DNA of 64,000 nucleotides from Candidatus Poribacteria bacterium (GTDB lineage Bacteria; Poribacteria; WGA-4E; WGA-3G): NCBI GenBank assembly GCA_965242965.1, contig OZ251518.1, positions 3,520,001 to 3,584,000 of the forward strand, read 5' to 3'. Shown piece by piece: positions 19,015 to 30,740 of this stretch (position 1 is its first letter; each line of letters starts with the position of its first letter). The notes under the pieces were generated by a model. It saw only the letters and a program-made list of their open reading frames with translations, ran no database searches and was not told where the DNA came from. The position numbers and the translations under genes were made by a program.

Positions 19015-20925
19015 TTATTCTAGGTTATTGTGCCCTGCACCAATCCCCAACTCCTTTTTCGCAATAGGGATGTTAAACACAGCGCGATGCACTTGCAAAG
19101 TTATCTTTCGCCGCGGCCAGGTTAGATGTTCTTCGCGGAACGATTCAGGGAGGAATGCCTCGCTCACCATCACGGGATACTCGGATGCCAGCGTGTCTGG
19201 AAAGATACTATCCATATCGTGGTAACCGAATGCTTCGGCAATAACTGTTTTCGGAAACCAGATGCCCGGTTCGTATATTGCGAGTTGATACGTTTGGCTA
19301 GAGATATGAAGCACTTCTATAGGTTGCACACTTGGCTGGCTTAGAGGCCAGATGTTACCCTCAACGGGGAAAAGCGAAGTTATTCGATTGCACGTCATCA
19401 TGCGCGTCGCGTGATAGGCTTTCTGCGGATGCATCCAGATTTCGTGCGTCGTGGCTGTATCCGCGTTGTCTTTTTCCGCCTCGCGGTACAACTTGAGATA
19501 ATAGTAAGGGGTGCCCTCAAGTTCAACGGTTTCTACCTCCACCGGTTTGGAGGAGTGGATGAATCTTTCAAAGGTAGTGCCGTGAGGGGCCCAACTCCAC
19601 CAGCGAGGATTGAAACGCTTATCAAAAAATGACCCGGGGATATTTGGCGATGGGTACTGTTTCCATTCCGTCCCATCACGGATGAACAGCCTTTGCCCTT
19701 TTCTCAGGTATTGATGGTGTGTCTCCTGCCAAATGTCGGAACTGACTCCATCTTCTATCCAAGTTAGGGTAGGGCGGCCGTTAAGTTCCTCCTTTTTACG
19801 GGCTTTCACATCATAAAATTGATATTCACCATCAAACCGGTGGGTGATATACCAGTATCCTCTGTCTTCATACGAGGGGACATTCTCCACAGTGTCCACC
19901 TTCGGTGACTGAAGCAATTTTAAAAGAGAGTCCCAGAAATTCCGCCGTTGTGGGAGTTTTCTACTGAGTGTCAATGAGAATTCAAGTTCGCCGCTTTTCA
20001 ACTGCGCGGTGTGGGCGGCAACTGCCGTTTTGAGATGTTCTAGCTGTTGTGCAGATTCGGTGCGCTGAATGGGTGGAATGTAGGGTTCTCCCGACTCAAT
20101 GCCGTGGAGATGTGCTTGTGCGACGATGTCATTCTCGGGCCTTTCTTTGAGAATGTCTAACGCTTTGTCGTAGTCTCCAAGTCTTTGGTATGCAAAGGCT
20201 AAATAGGCATTTGCGAGACCAGGGTCCTTCAGTTTTGCCTTTTCGAGATGTTGAACGGCTTCTTCGGGTTGCACCCAATAAATTGATTCTCCGAGTCCAA
20301 CTAATGCTGTGAGAGAAGTGGGCTCCATTTCCAGCAGTTTGCGATAGCCTGCCTCCCGTTCTGGGTTGTGGGCATAACTCTGGTAAGGCTGGAGCCGGGT
20401 CCACAGGAGAATTGTGTCAAAGTCATTTGGGTTCTCTGCGAGTGCTTGGACTGTCAATTCACGAATATACGGAGTATAGCGTCCTTCGCGTCCGCGGTTT
20501 AACTCGTAGAGAAACTTCGCTGCGGTGAAGGCATCCATTCCTGCGGTGAGGTTTTCAACCCGCTCTTCCTCCTGCTGCAACCACGCTTTTGCCTGCTCTG
20601 TTTCGCTTGGTAACTGAGAGGCGGCCGGCAGTGATGGTGGGAGTTGAGAGGGTGCTAGTTGAGAAGGCGGCAGGGACACAGGGAGGCTGTTTACATGGAC
20701 TCCCTGCTTGTTGAATGCCCCTTGTGACGGCCCCTCAACCGGAATTCTCCCTGCGGGGTTAGTTTTCTGCAGACCTATCGCTTTGGCCATTGGCTCAGGT
20801 GGCAACGGCGTGGATGCGCTGCGCTGGCGGTGGATAAACAAAAGGACTGCACCAAGGAGGAGACAAAGCACAGCGAATGCCAACATGTGTCGATTCTTCA
20901 GTTGGTTAAGCATGGGTAACCTCAT
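19015..20925 (-). CDS. Membrane-anchored hypothetical protein with TPR-like segment
   Basis: N-terminal TM helix, Pro/Ser linker, TPR-like AYLAFAYQRLGDYDKAL; 4-bp overlap with the upstream gene. Confidence 0.75.
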   Translation of the reverse strand: MRLPMLNQLKNRHMLAFAVLCLLLGAVLLFIHRQRSASTPLPPEPMAKAIGLQKTNPAGRIPVEGPSQGAFNKQGVHVNSLPVSLPPSQLAPSQLPPSLPAASQLPSETEQAKAWLQQEEERVENLTAGMDAFTAAKFLYELNRGREGRYTPYIRELTVQALAENPNDFDTILLWTRLQPYQSYAHNPEREAGYRKLLEMEPTSLTALVGLGESIYWVQPEEAVQHLEKAKLKDPGLANAYLAFAYQRLGDYDKALDILKERPENDIVAQAHLHGIESGEPYIPPIQRTESAQQLEHLKTAVAAHTAQLKSGELEFSLTLSRKLPQRRNFWDSLLKLLQSPKVDTVENVPSYEDRGYWYITHRFDGEYQFYDVKARKKEELNGRPTLTWIEDGVSSDIWQETHHQYLRKGQRLFIRDGTEWKQYPSPNIPGSFFDKRFNPRWWSWAPHGTTFERFIHSSKPVEVETVELEGTPYYYLKLYREAEKDNADTATTHEIWMHPQKAYHATRMMTCNRITSLFPVEGNIWPLSQPSVQPIEVLHISSQTYQLAIYEPGIWFPKTVIAEAFGYHDMDSIFPDTLASEYPVMVSEAFLPESFREEHLTWPRRKITLQVHRAVFNIPIAKKELGIGAGHNNLE

Positions 20926-21446
20926 GGTAGATCTAAAAACTCGTAAGGAGCGATACCGCCTTCTGAAAAAGAAAGCACTTTTATATCCGATGGAATGTCT
21001 GCCTCCGTAAAACGGACTCCCTTTTCATCTTCAATAGCTCGAATCCGATCGCAAGCATCCGGGTCTCCTGCCATATTGCGGATATATTGTCTACGCGCTG
21101 TTTTTGCCCATTCGACGTAGACGGTATCTGAAATCGTTGGGTATACCAAGCCGTTTTCCATGATGGAACCCATGACATCTATTCCCTGATGAGCCAGTTT
21201 TATCTCAACGCGCGTCATTAATTCATGGTTTGCAGAAATGCAGGGCCAGATCTGATCGGCTGGCCACCCTGCTGGCAATTCAGGATAGGGCCCGAAACCG
21301 TAAGGGGAAACGGGGATGTCGGCTATCTTCTTTGGAATGCGTTCGCCATGCCAACGATAGAGCAGGCTGCCGGCGATGAGAAGGACGCAGCCGATGAGCC
21401 CGGCGCGAACGAGTTTGCTTGAGAGCATGTCCCGTAACATGTGCAT
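20922..21446 (-). CDS. Membrane-anchored hypothetical protein, paralog of 23315-24115
   Basis: Identical N-terminal TM segment; shared SPxxFGPYPE(L/I)P and (A)YEFL motifs; AGGAGA RBS. Confidence 0.75.
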   Translation of the reverse strand: MHMLRDMLSSKLVRAGLIGCVLLIAGSLLYRWHGERIPKKIADIPVSPYGFGPYPELPAGWPADQIWPCISANHELMTRVEIKLAHQGIDVMGSIMENGLVYPTISDTVYVEWAKTARRQYIRNMAGDPDACDRIRAIEDEKGVRFTEADIPSDIKVLSFSEGGIAPYEFLDLP

Positions 21447-21504
21447 TCTCCTGGGTAAGGATGCCCGATGTTGCAAAAAAATTCAACCAATACTTTCAGG
21501 TAAT

Positions 21505-21680
21505 CAAGGGTGTTTCCTAACTCGTTGTTGTCAAAAGGGTTTCGCGACACCCTGAACAATTCCGTTTCCCCGGTAGGAGAGCCCTCCCGGTTTCGATTGC
21601 TCCCCGTAGGAGAGACCTCCTGGTCTCGATTTCTTCCGTGTGTTCAGAAGAGGGACGTTAGGTCTGACAGCGCAGTGGCT
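21505..21680. repeat. REP cluster with degenerate GGGTGTTTC end
   Basis: aagggtgtttcctaactcgttgttgtcaaaa (inverse copy near 55040-55077) plus GAGACC REPs. Confidence 0.65.
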
Positions 21681-22648
21681 CACTTTGAGTTTCGTTGTTT
21701 GAGTGTTGCCCAGCGCGTCGTCAGTCGGTTTGTAGGTTCCACCGCATACGCGCTCTTCGTCCAGTCAAACATCGGAACACCCCCGTCACCTTTTATATTT
21801 AAAATTTCTTCATGAGGGCCTCCATCAAGAGGTGCCACGTAGTTATGATATAAATTATCCGGCCCGTAGACGGTATAAACGAGTGCCTGTCCATCAGGTG
21901 TCCATTTGAGGGCTATAAAGGCTGAATGTTCTCCAAGGGCTATCGTCTTCAAGCGGCGACGCGGCTCAAGCGAAATAATGTTAATCGCGGTCGCGTCGGC
22001 TAAAAACGTGTGAACAAAAGCGAGGCGGTTACCTTCCGGAGAGAAAGCAGGGTAGCGGCCGTGGGCACTAACTCCTGATGAACCCCCTCTGGTTAAGACA
22101 TTGTAGATATAAATACCGCCCCCCAAGACTTCATAGGCAATATGGACACCATCCGGTGCCCATGTTACATTGGATGCTTCTCTTGCAAATAGCAGCTCGG
22201 CTTTAGGGAAATCGTTTTTTAATTCGTCACGGGGAATCAAATAGATGCCATACGGCGGTTCTGGCTCTATGCCTGTCGGCGTGTTTGTGAAAACAACATC
22301 ACCCGCGTGTGAGATGTCGATGTTCCAAACGAAATCAAAGCGATTTTGCGTTAGGTTGTGTGCTTTTGCATGAACCTGATTTCTATCAATCAGGTAAGCG
22401 TCGGCAGCAAAAAACCCATTATCCGGGTCGGCAGCGATGAGGATATAAGGCCCATCTCTTTGGACAGCCAACTCATAAATATCTTGGGTATGTTTAAACA
22501 TCCGGCGTGCGTTGCGTGTATCCCCCACATCGGATATCCATAATTCGGATTTCTTTGGATGTCCAAAGATAACTTCCGCGGTAAGTTTGGCATCCGTTGT
22601 CAGTGGCAACAGCAAGGCCAGACAGAGACTTATCAGACCGTATTTCAT
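21680..22648 (-). CDS. Secreted TolB/PD40-like beta-propeller protein
   Basis: Signal peptide; WAPDG, FSPEG, WTPDG blade motifs; C-terminal AVEPTNRLTTRWATLK. Confidence 0.8.
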   Translation of the reverse strand: MKYGLISLCLALLLPLTTDAKLTAEVIFGHPKKSELWISDVGDTRNARRMFKHTQDIYELAVQRDGPYILIAADPDNGFFAADAYLIDRNQVHAKAHNLTQNRFDFVWNIDISHAGDVVFTNTPTGIEPEPPYGIYLIPRDELKNDFPKAELLFAREASNVTWAPDGVHIAYEVLGGGIYIYNVLTRGGSSGVSAHGRYPAFSPEGNRLAFVHTFLADATAINIISLEPRRRLKTIALGEHSAFIALKWTPDGQALVYTVYGPDNLYHNYVAPLDGGPHEEILNIKGDGGVPMFDWTKSAYAVEPTNRLTTRWATLKQRNSK

Positions 22649-22742
22649 GAGGACTCCTATTTTGCTGAGGGGAGAGTGGCGGAGTTTTCCATTTCCATGG
22701 GGAATTCGCCTAAGTCAATAATGTGTGGCTTTCCTTTTTCCC

Positions 22743-23010
22743 TCACTCATGCTGAAGCGTGTTTACGTTGTTCTCAGGTTGGGTATAGTCCACAAACGCT
22801 GTCGGATCTGTCCCGTTGAGGTATTCCTCAATGTCGGTGTATCCGTCGCTGTCTCTATCCTTTGAGGCATTGGACGCGTCACGAGGATTAAGCCCGTATC
22901 TGACTTCCCATTCGTCCGGCAGACAATCTCCATCGCTGTCAAGGGGCGCAGACAGACTCTTGAGTTCCGGCCATCCGCCGACATCTGCCTGTGAGTCAAT
23001 AATACCGCAT
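22743..23010 (-). pseudogene. Probable C-terminal remnant of a pectate-lyase-type protein (Ca-binding DxDxDG repeats)
   Basis: IIDSQADVGGWPEL...DSDGDCLPDEWE...DRDSDGYTDIEEYLN resembles PL1 tails. No catalytic domain; a MITE-like element lies just upstream. Confidence 0.6.
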
Positions 23011-23085
23011 TTTGTTGGTAAGATTAATAGCGCGGCGAACGTGATAATTGCGCGAAGAAAGTTTAGACTCTTCATGAGTTTACCT

Positions 23086-23297
23086 GAGGATGTTTCATAA
23101 CTTGTTTTCCCCGGTAGGCGAGACCTCCTGGTCTCGATTTCTTCTCGATAGGCGAGACCTCCTGGTCTCGATTTCTTCTCGGTAGGCGAGACCTCCTGGT
23201 CTCGATGTGGTGCGTATCGGGACAGGGATGTCCCTCCTACTGGGAAACATCAAGACACCCGCTCGTTTGCAAGAAGGCGATTTATGAAACACCCTCA
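23086..23297. repeat. MITE-like REP cluster with both inverted ends
   Basis: TGAGGATGTTTCATAA...TTATGAAACACCCTCA enclosing three tandem taggcgagacctcctggtctcgat units. Confidence 0.8.
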
Positions 23298-23314
23298 GTT
23301 TACCTCACCAAAGT

Positions 23315-24115
23315 TCAACGAGTTAAGCCTAAGAATTCATAGGCATCAATGTAACCGTCTGGCAATTCATGGACGGTTATCCCTGGTGGAATTTCACCTT
23401 CATCAAGATATGGCTCATAGATATGCGCTGTGTCGGGATGACCGCGGGTGACTCCCGCATATCTATGAGTTATCCCGTCATCATCTGTCCAGTAGTCCCA
23501 TTTAACATAAACAACATCAGGATAGAGCAGATAGACTTTACCGTCGGCATCACCTGTAACGCCTACGTTTTCAAGTGATATTCCTTGTTTCCAGAATTCA
23601 ACGATGAGTCGTTTTTGGAGCTCAAGAGCTTTACGCATATCTGAGTCTCCCATTGAAGCAAGACTTTTGAATATGTCCGGTTCAGGGAAGTCCTCTGGAA
23701 TCTCTGGATAAGGCCCGAATCTGAAGGGCGATATAGATAGGGCTACCGATTCTTCCTCGGCGGTTTCTTTGTCGGAAGCCGGCAATTCCGGGGCTGCTGC
23801 GGTATCCCCGCGCGCCGCCTTTGCATTCGGAAGACGCTCTGTGATGTCAAACACCGTTGCCGCACCATTGTCCGTTGCAACGGATTTCGCGGCTTGTTCT
23901 TCCGCGTCTCTGTCTGTTATCTGCCGCGGCTGTTGTGCATTCGTGGTCTGGCGATTTTCTAGTTGCTGTAGGAACCGTTGGGTTCTGACTTCGTCGTTTC
24001 GGATGTCGCGTTCGCCATGCCACCGATAGAGCAGGCTGCCGGCGATGAGAAGGACGCAGCCGATGAGCCCGGCGCGAACGAGTTTGCTTGAAAGTATGTC
24101 CTGTAACATGTGCAT
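23315..24115 (-). CDS. Membrane-anchored hypothetical protein, paralog of 20922-21446
   Basis: Same N-terminus plus a longer low-complexity linker. Confidence 0.75.
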   Translation of the reverse strand: MHMLQDILSSKLVRAGLIGCVLLIAGSLLYRWHGERDIRNDEVRTQRFLQQLENRQTTNAQQPRQITDRDAEEQAAKSVATDNGAATVFDITERLPNAKAARGDTAAAPELPASDKETAEEESVALSISPFRFGPYPEIPEDFPEPDIFKSLASMGDSDMRKALELQKRLIVEFWKQGISLENVGVTGDADGKVYLLYPDVVYVKWDYWTDDDGITHRYAGVTRGHPDTAHIYEPYLDEGEIPPGITVHELPDGYIDAYEFLGLTR

Positions 24116-24199
24116 TCTCCTGAGTAAGGATACACGATTTCGCAAAAGAAGTCCACCAATACTTTCAGGTAATCATCAAAGTTGCGTCGGATGTCTTTA

Positions 24200-24725
24200 A
24201 CTGAGGGGGTTTCATATTTCGATGCGTTTGGTAAGAGAGACCTCCTGGTCTCGATTTCTTCCCGGTAGGAGAGACCTCTGGTCTCGATGCAATCGGACAG
24301 CGCGCCTCCCGGGGCCGCGGCGGCAGAAATCCCCCCTTCATCGTAGGGCGGTGGGAAGACCTGTCCCTCGCCAGCATCCGCGCACTCCACCGCTCGCGGG
24401 GGAAACCCGCTCGGATGCGCGTATGGCATCCGAGGGCCCCCGCGCTACGAAAAAAAACGCCCCCTCACCGTAGGGCGAGGGCCTGTCCCTCGCCATCGTT
24501 CTCGCGCCAGGCCCTGTAGTTCGGGCTCGCCGAATCCTGACCCGTTTGTGATCAGGCGCGCACAAACTACAGCGGGGGAAACACACATCATGCCGATGGA
24601 GATCGCGGGGGACAGGCCCCCGCGCTACGGGACAATCGAGACCGGGAGGTCTCTCCTACGGTGACACTGCTTGCATCGAGACCGGGGGGTGTCAGAAGAG
24701 GGACGTTAGGGCTGACAGAGAGGCT
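24200..24725. repeat. Modular REP cluster
   Basis: TGAGGGGGTTTCATA end; its 3' part is nearly identical to 18790-18985. Confidence 0.8.
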
Positions 24726-24727
24726 GC

Positions 24728-25714
24728 TCACTTTGAGTTTCGTTGTTTGAGTTGTGCCCAGCGCGTCGTCAGTCGGTTTGTAGGTTCCACCGCATACGCG
24801 CTCTTCGTCCAATCAAACATCGGAACACCCCCATCACCTTTTATATTTAAAATCTCTTCATGAGGGCCTCCATCAAGAGGTGCCACGTAGTTATGATATA
24901 AATTATCCGGCCCATAGACGGTATAAACGAGTGCTTGTCCATCAGGTGCCCATTTGAGGGCTATAAAGGCTGAGTGCTCTCCAAGGGCTATTGTCTTCAA
25001 ACGGCGTATCGGCTCAAGTGAAATAATGTTAATGGCGGTCGCGTCGGCTAAAAATTTGTGAACAAAAGCAAGACGGTTACCCTCTGGAGAGAAAACAGGG
25101 TAATATCCATGTTGGGCAACACCTCTTGAAGGCCCTCGGATAACGGTATTGTAGATAAAAATATCGCCCCCTACGACATCATAGGCAATATGGACACCAT
25201 CCGGTGCCCATCTGACATGGAGCGCGTCATGTCTAATTAGCAGCTTGGCTTTAGGAAAATCGTTTTTCAGTTCGTCACGGGGAATCAAATAGACACCATA
25301 CAGCGGTGCAGGCTCTATGCCTGTCGGCGTGTTTGTGAAAACAACATCACCTATGTGTGAGATGTCTACCTTAAAAATCTCATCAAAGCGCCGACGTGTG
25401 AGATTATGCGCTGCTGCATGACGATGGTTTCTATCAATCAGGTAAGCCTCAACATCAGGAAGGTGTCCCTCATGTTCGGCAACAAAAACGACATAATCCC
25501 CATGGTTTTGGACAGCCAGTTCGTAAATATCTCGGGTATGTTTAAACATCCGGCGTGCGTTGCGTGTGTCCCCCACATCGGATATCCATAATTCGTTGAA
25601 ATCCTTCTCTGGATGTCTAAAGATGACTTCCCCGGTAAGTTTGGCATACGTTGTCAGTGGGAGAAGCAAGACCAGACAGAGGGAGAGACAGAGACTTATC
25701 AGACCGTATTTCAT
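24728..25714 (-). CDS. Secreted TolB/PD40-like beta-propeller protein, paralog of 21680-22648
   Basis: MKYGLISLCL start after AGGAG; same blade motifs and tail. Confidence 0.8.
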   Translation of the reverse strand: MKYGLISLCLSLCLVLLLPLTTYAKLTGEVIFRHPEKDFNELWISDVGDTRNARRMFKHTRDIYELAVQNHGDYVVFVAEHEGHLPDVEAYLIDRNHRHAAAHNLTRRRFDEIFKVDISHIGDVVFTNTPTGIEPAPLYGVYLIPRDELKNDFPKAKLLIRHDALHVRWAPDGVHIAYDVVGGDIFIYNTVIRGPSRGVAQHGYYPVFSPEGNRLAFVHKFLADATAINIISLEPIRRLKTIALGEHSAFIALKWAPDGQALVYTVYGPDNLYHNYVAPLDGGPHEEILNIKGDGGVPMFDWTKSAYAVEPTNRLTTRWAQLKQRNSK

Positions 25715-25802
25715 GAGGACTCCTATGGTGCTGAGATGTATTGAGACATCGCATTGTCTTTTCGCCTCTTGCGCGAGGGCAGAGTTTTGAACTACCGCCT
25801 CA

Positions 25803-25861
25803 CAAAAGGTTTTCCGGCGGTGTATTAACTTTCCCACGGGGTTGCCCCTGGGGTTTCATCA
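25803..25861 (-). repeat. Degenerate copy of the 3' half of 5S rRNA
   Basis: aaaaggttttccggcgg and ctttcccacggggttgcccc are identical to the corresponding blocks in 26914-26957. Confidence 0.85.
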
Positions 25862-26012
25862 ATAAGGATACCCGATTTCGCAAAAGAAGTCAACCGAAAT
25901 GTTGAAGAAAAATCGCAGCACTTACGCGCCCCACCCCGATGATAGAATTTGCATCAGGCATCTTAAGCATACCACATGAGGTGTCTGAAGTCAAGGTTTT
26001 TCTCACAGAATA

Positions 26013-26045
26013 AAAAAGGGTAGGCCATAAGCCTACCCTGAAAAA
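26013..26045 (-). terminator. Intrinsic terminator after hicA
   Basis: AGGGTAGGC-ttat-GGCCTACCCT hairpin followed by a T-run on the minus strand. Confidence 0.7.
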
Positions 26046-26087
26046 GGTTTGCCACATTCACTATTCATCATAGTGAACCTAGCGATG

Positions 26088-26321
26088 TCACGAATTGTTT
26101 TTAGTTTTCAATCTTGTCTTCCAATCCCACCCGGCTTGGCGGTAGATCTCGCGCAGGGTTCCTCTCGCGAGTTCTTTATTTCCTCGCGACGGTCGAGGGA
26201 CAACAACCCGCCCCCGCGCCGGATGTTTATAGTGGTGATGACTCCCTCGGGTACGAAGATATTCAAAACCGTCCTGCCGCAGCCTCGCGACCACTTGATT
26301 GAAAGTCAGAAGGAAAGCCAT
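26088..26321 (-). CDS. hicA: HicA-family toxin
   Basis: LRQDGFEYLRTRGSHHHYKHP...VVVP...GTLREIYRQAG; AAAGGAG RBS. Confidence 0.88.
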   Translation of the reverse strand: MAFLLTFNQVVARLRQDGFEYLRTRGSHHHYKHPARGRVVVPRPSRGNKELARGTLREIYRQAGWDWKTRLKTKNNS

Positions 26322-26537
26322 AGAAACTCCTTTCTCCACATGGGAGAGTTCGTAGGTTAAAACGTTCGAGATTAGTTAATCACCTTTTTCCTTTTAGTCC
26401 ACCCATTGGCTTAAACGGAAGCCTGAGTGCACTTGTTTAAAGCCCGATGTGTCACAACGGGCTAAGCCTTAAGTAAGTGCCGGGGTCTCCGCATTCTGGC
26501 ACAGGACACTGCCTGCTGCGGGTTTGGTTAAAGCGGA

Positions 26538-26855
26538 TTAGCCGACAGCTGCATTAGAAAAACTCGGGGACTTTCCATAGACGACTTCATCAGTCAGTGC
26601 GGCGAGATCTACTGACACCGTTTCCCACACACCATCGGCGTAATCGGGATTATTTTTATGGAAAGCGATGTTTTTGGGAGTAGGGATGGGCTCACTGTCA
26701 AGCAATAAGCCTTCAAGATAACATTCAATGGCTTCGACAGCTTGCGTCTGCGCATCCTTGACCGTTTCCCCGGAAGTGAAGCACCCTGGTAAATCAGGCA
26801 CTGTCACTCCATAGTCACTGCCCGGGTCTTTGTGGAGAACAATGGAATAACGCAT
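26538..26855 (-). CDS. hicB: HicB-family antitoxin (short, no obvious DNA-binding tail)
   Basis: YGVTVPDLPGCFTSGETVKDA...EAIECYLEG motif. Confidence 0.88.
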   Translation of the reverse strand: MRYSIVLHKDPGSDYGVTVPDLPGCFTSGETVKDAQTQAVEAIECYLEGLLLDSEPIPTPKNIAFHKNNPDYADGVWETVSVDLAALTDEVVYGKSPSFSNAAVG

Positions 26856-26880
26856 TAAGCACCTTTAGTTCTGATAGATG

Positions 26881-26910
26881 AAGGGACAGGCTCGGTGCCT
26901 GTCCCCTTTT
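26881..26910. terminator. Hairpin downstream of 5S rRNA
   Basis: AGGGACAGGC-tcggt-GCCTGTCCCC; the U-tail on the minus strand is short. Confidence 0.55.
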
Positions 26911-26921
26911 CCAAAAAGGTT

Positions 26922-27039
26922 TTCCGGCGGCGACTTACTTTCCCACGGGGTTGCCCCCGCAGTATCATCAGCGCAGAAGGGCTTAACGGCCGTGTTCGGG
27001 ATGGGAACGGGTGGTGCCCCTTCGCTATAGCCACCGGAA
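26922..27039 (-). rRNA. rrf: 5S rRNA
   Basis: CCCGTTCCCATCCCGAACACGGCCGTTAAG and GGGAAAGTAAGTCGCCGCCGG; ends approximate. Confidence 0.95.
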
Positions 27040-27125
27040 AGGTGTTTTGTCATATATTGTATTGACAAGAAAATTTGACAATTGCATAGATTAGGTGAGG
27101 GTGTCGGTAGAAGAAATAATAAAGA

Positions 27126-30123
<2,998 letters not shown>

Positions 30124-30215
30124 AGGTGATATTATTATTCTACCGATTTACCCTCTCTATGCAATTGTCAAAGAACCCCGCCTTGCACAGGAGCGGGCGC
30201 TCCCTTACAAGACGA

Positions 30216-30288
30216 TGGAGATGAGCGGAGTTGAACCGCTGACCTTCTGGTTGCAAACCAGATGCTCTCCCAACTGAGCTACACCCCC
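30216..30288 (-). tRNA. tRNA-Ala(UGC)
   Basis: GGGGGTGTAGCTCAGTTGGGAGAGCATCTGGTTTGCAACCAGAAGGTCAGCGGTTCAACTCCGCTCATCTCCA; G3:U70; CCA not encoded. Confidence 0.95.
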
Positions 30289-30306
30289 AAGTGGCATTAC
30301 TCTTTA

Positions 30307-30738
30307 AGTATACCACAAAAAAACGCATTTGTCAAATTTATTTTTCAAAAAAACGGATTTGCTGACACAAACCCTCGCGATGGTATATAGTATACCACGA
30401 AAACTGCGCAATGTCAAATTAAAATCAAATTAAAATGACAATTTCGTCATCGTTGAGGTTAATTATACCACAAAAAAGATGCAATGTCAAATTAAAATGA
30501 CGATTTCTGCGAATTTCTGCTGAATTACGCCACAAAAAGTGCGCGATGTCAAATTAAAACGACAATTTCGTCATCGTTGAGGTTAATTATACCACAAAAA
30601 TGACGCAATGTCAAATTAAAATGACATTTTCTGCGGAATTCTTGTTAATTCTGCCCCAAAAAGTGCGCGATGTCAAATTAAAACGACAATTTCGTCATCG
30701 TTGAGGTTAATTATACCACAAAAATGACGCAATGTCAA
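30307..30738 (-). promoter_or_regulatory. Array of seven tandem sigma70-type promoters facing tRNA-Ala-23S-5S
   Basis: TTGACA-17bp-(-10) units. Plus-strand TGTCAA starts at 30330, 30412, 30485, 30547, 30609, 30671, 30733; the matching -10 boxes are TATACT, TATACT, TATAAT, CGTAAT, TATAAT, CAGAAT, TATAAT. Confidence 0.88.
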
Positions 30739-30740
30739 AT

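Noticed and set aside
21680-25714. Diversity-generating retroelement TR/VR pair
   Set aside because: Both copies are full genes, differences include indels and do not appear adenine-restricted, and no reverse transcriptase is in the window.
30307-30738. CRISPR array or replication iterons
   Set aside because: Inter-unit sequences repeat in A/B alternation, and the conserved positions are precisely -35/17 bp/-10 boxes facing tRNA-Ala.
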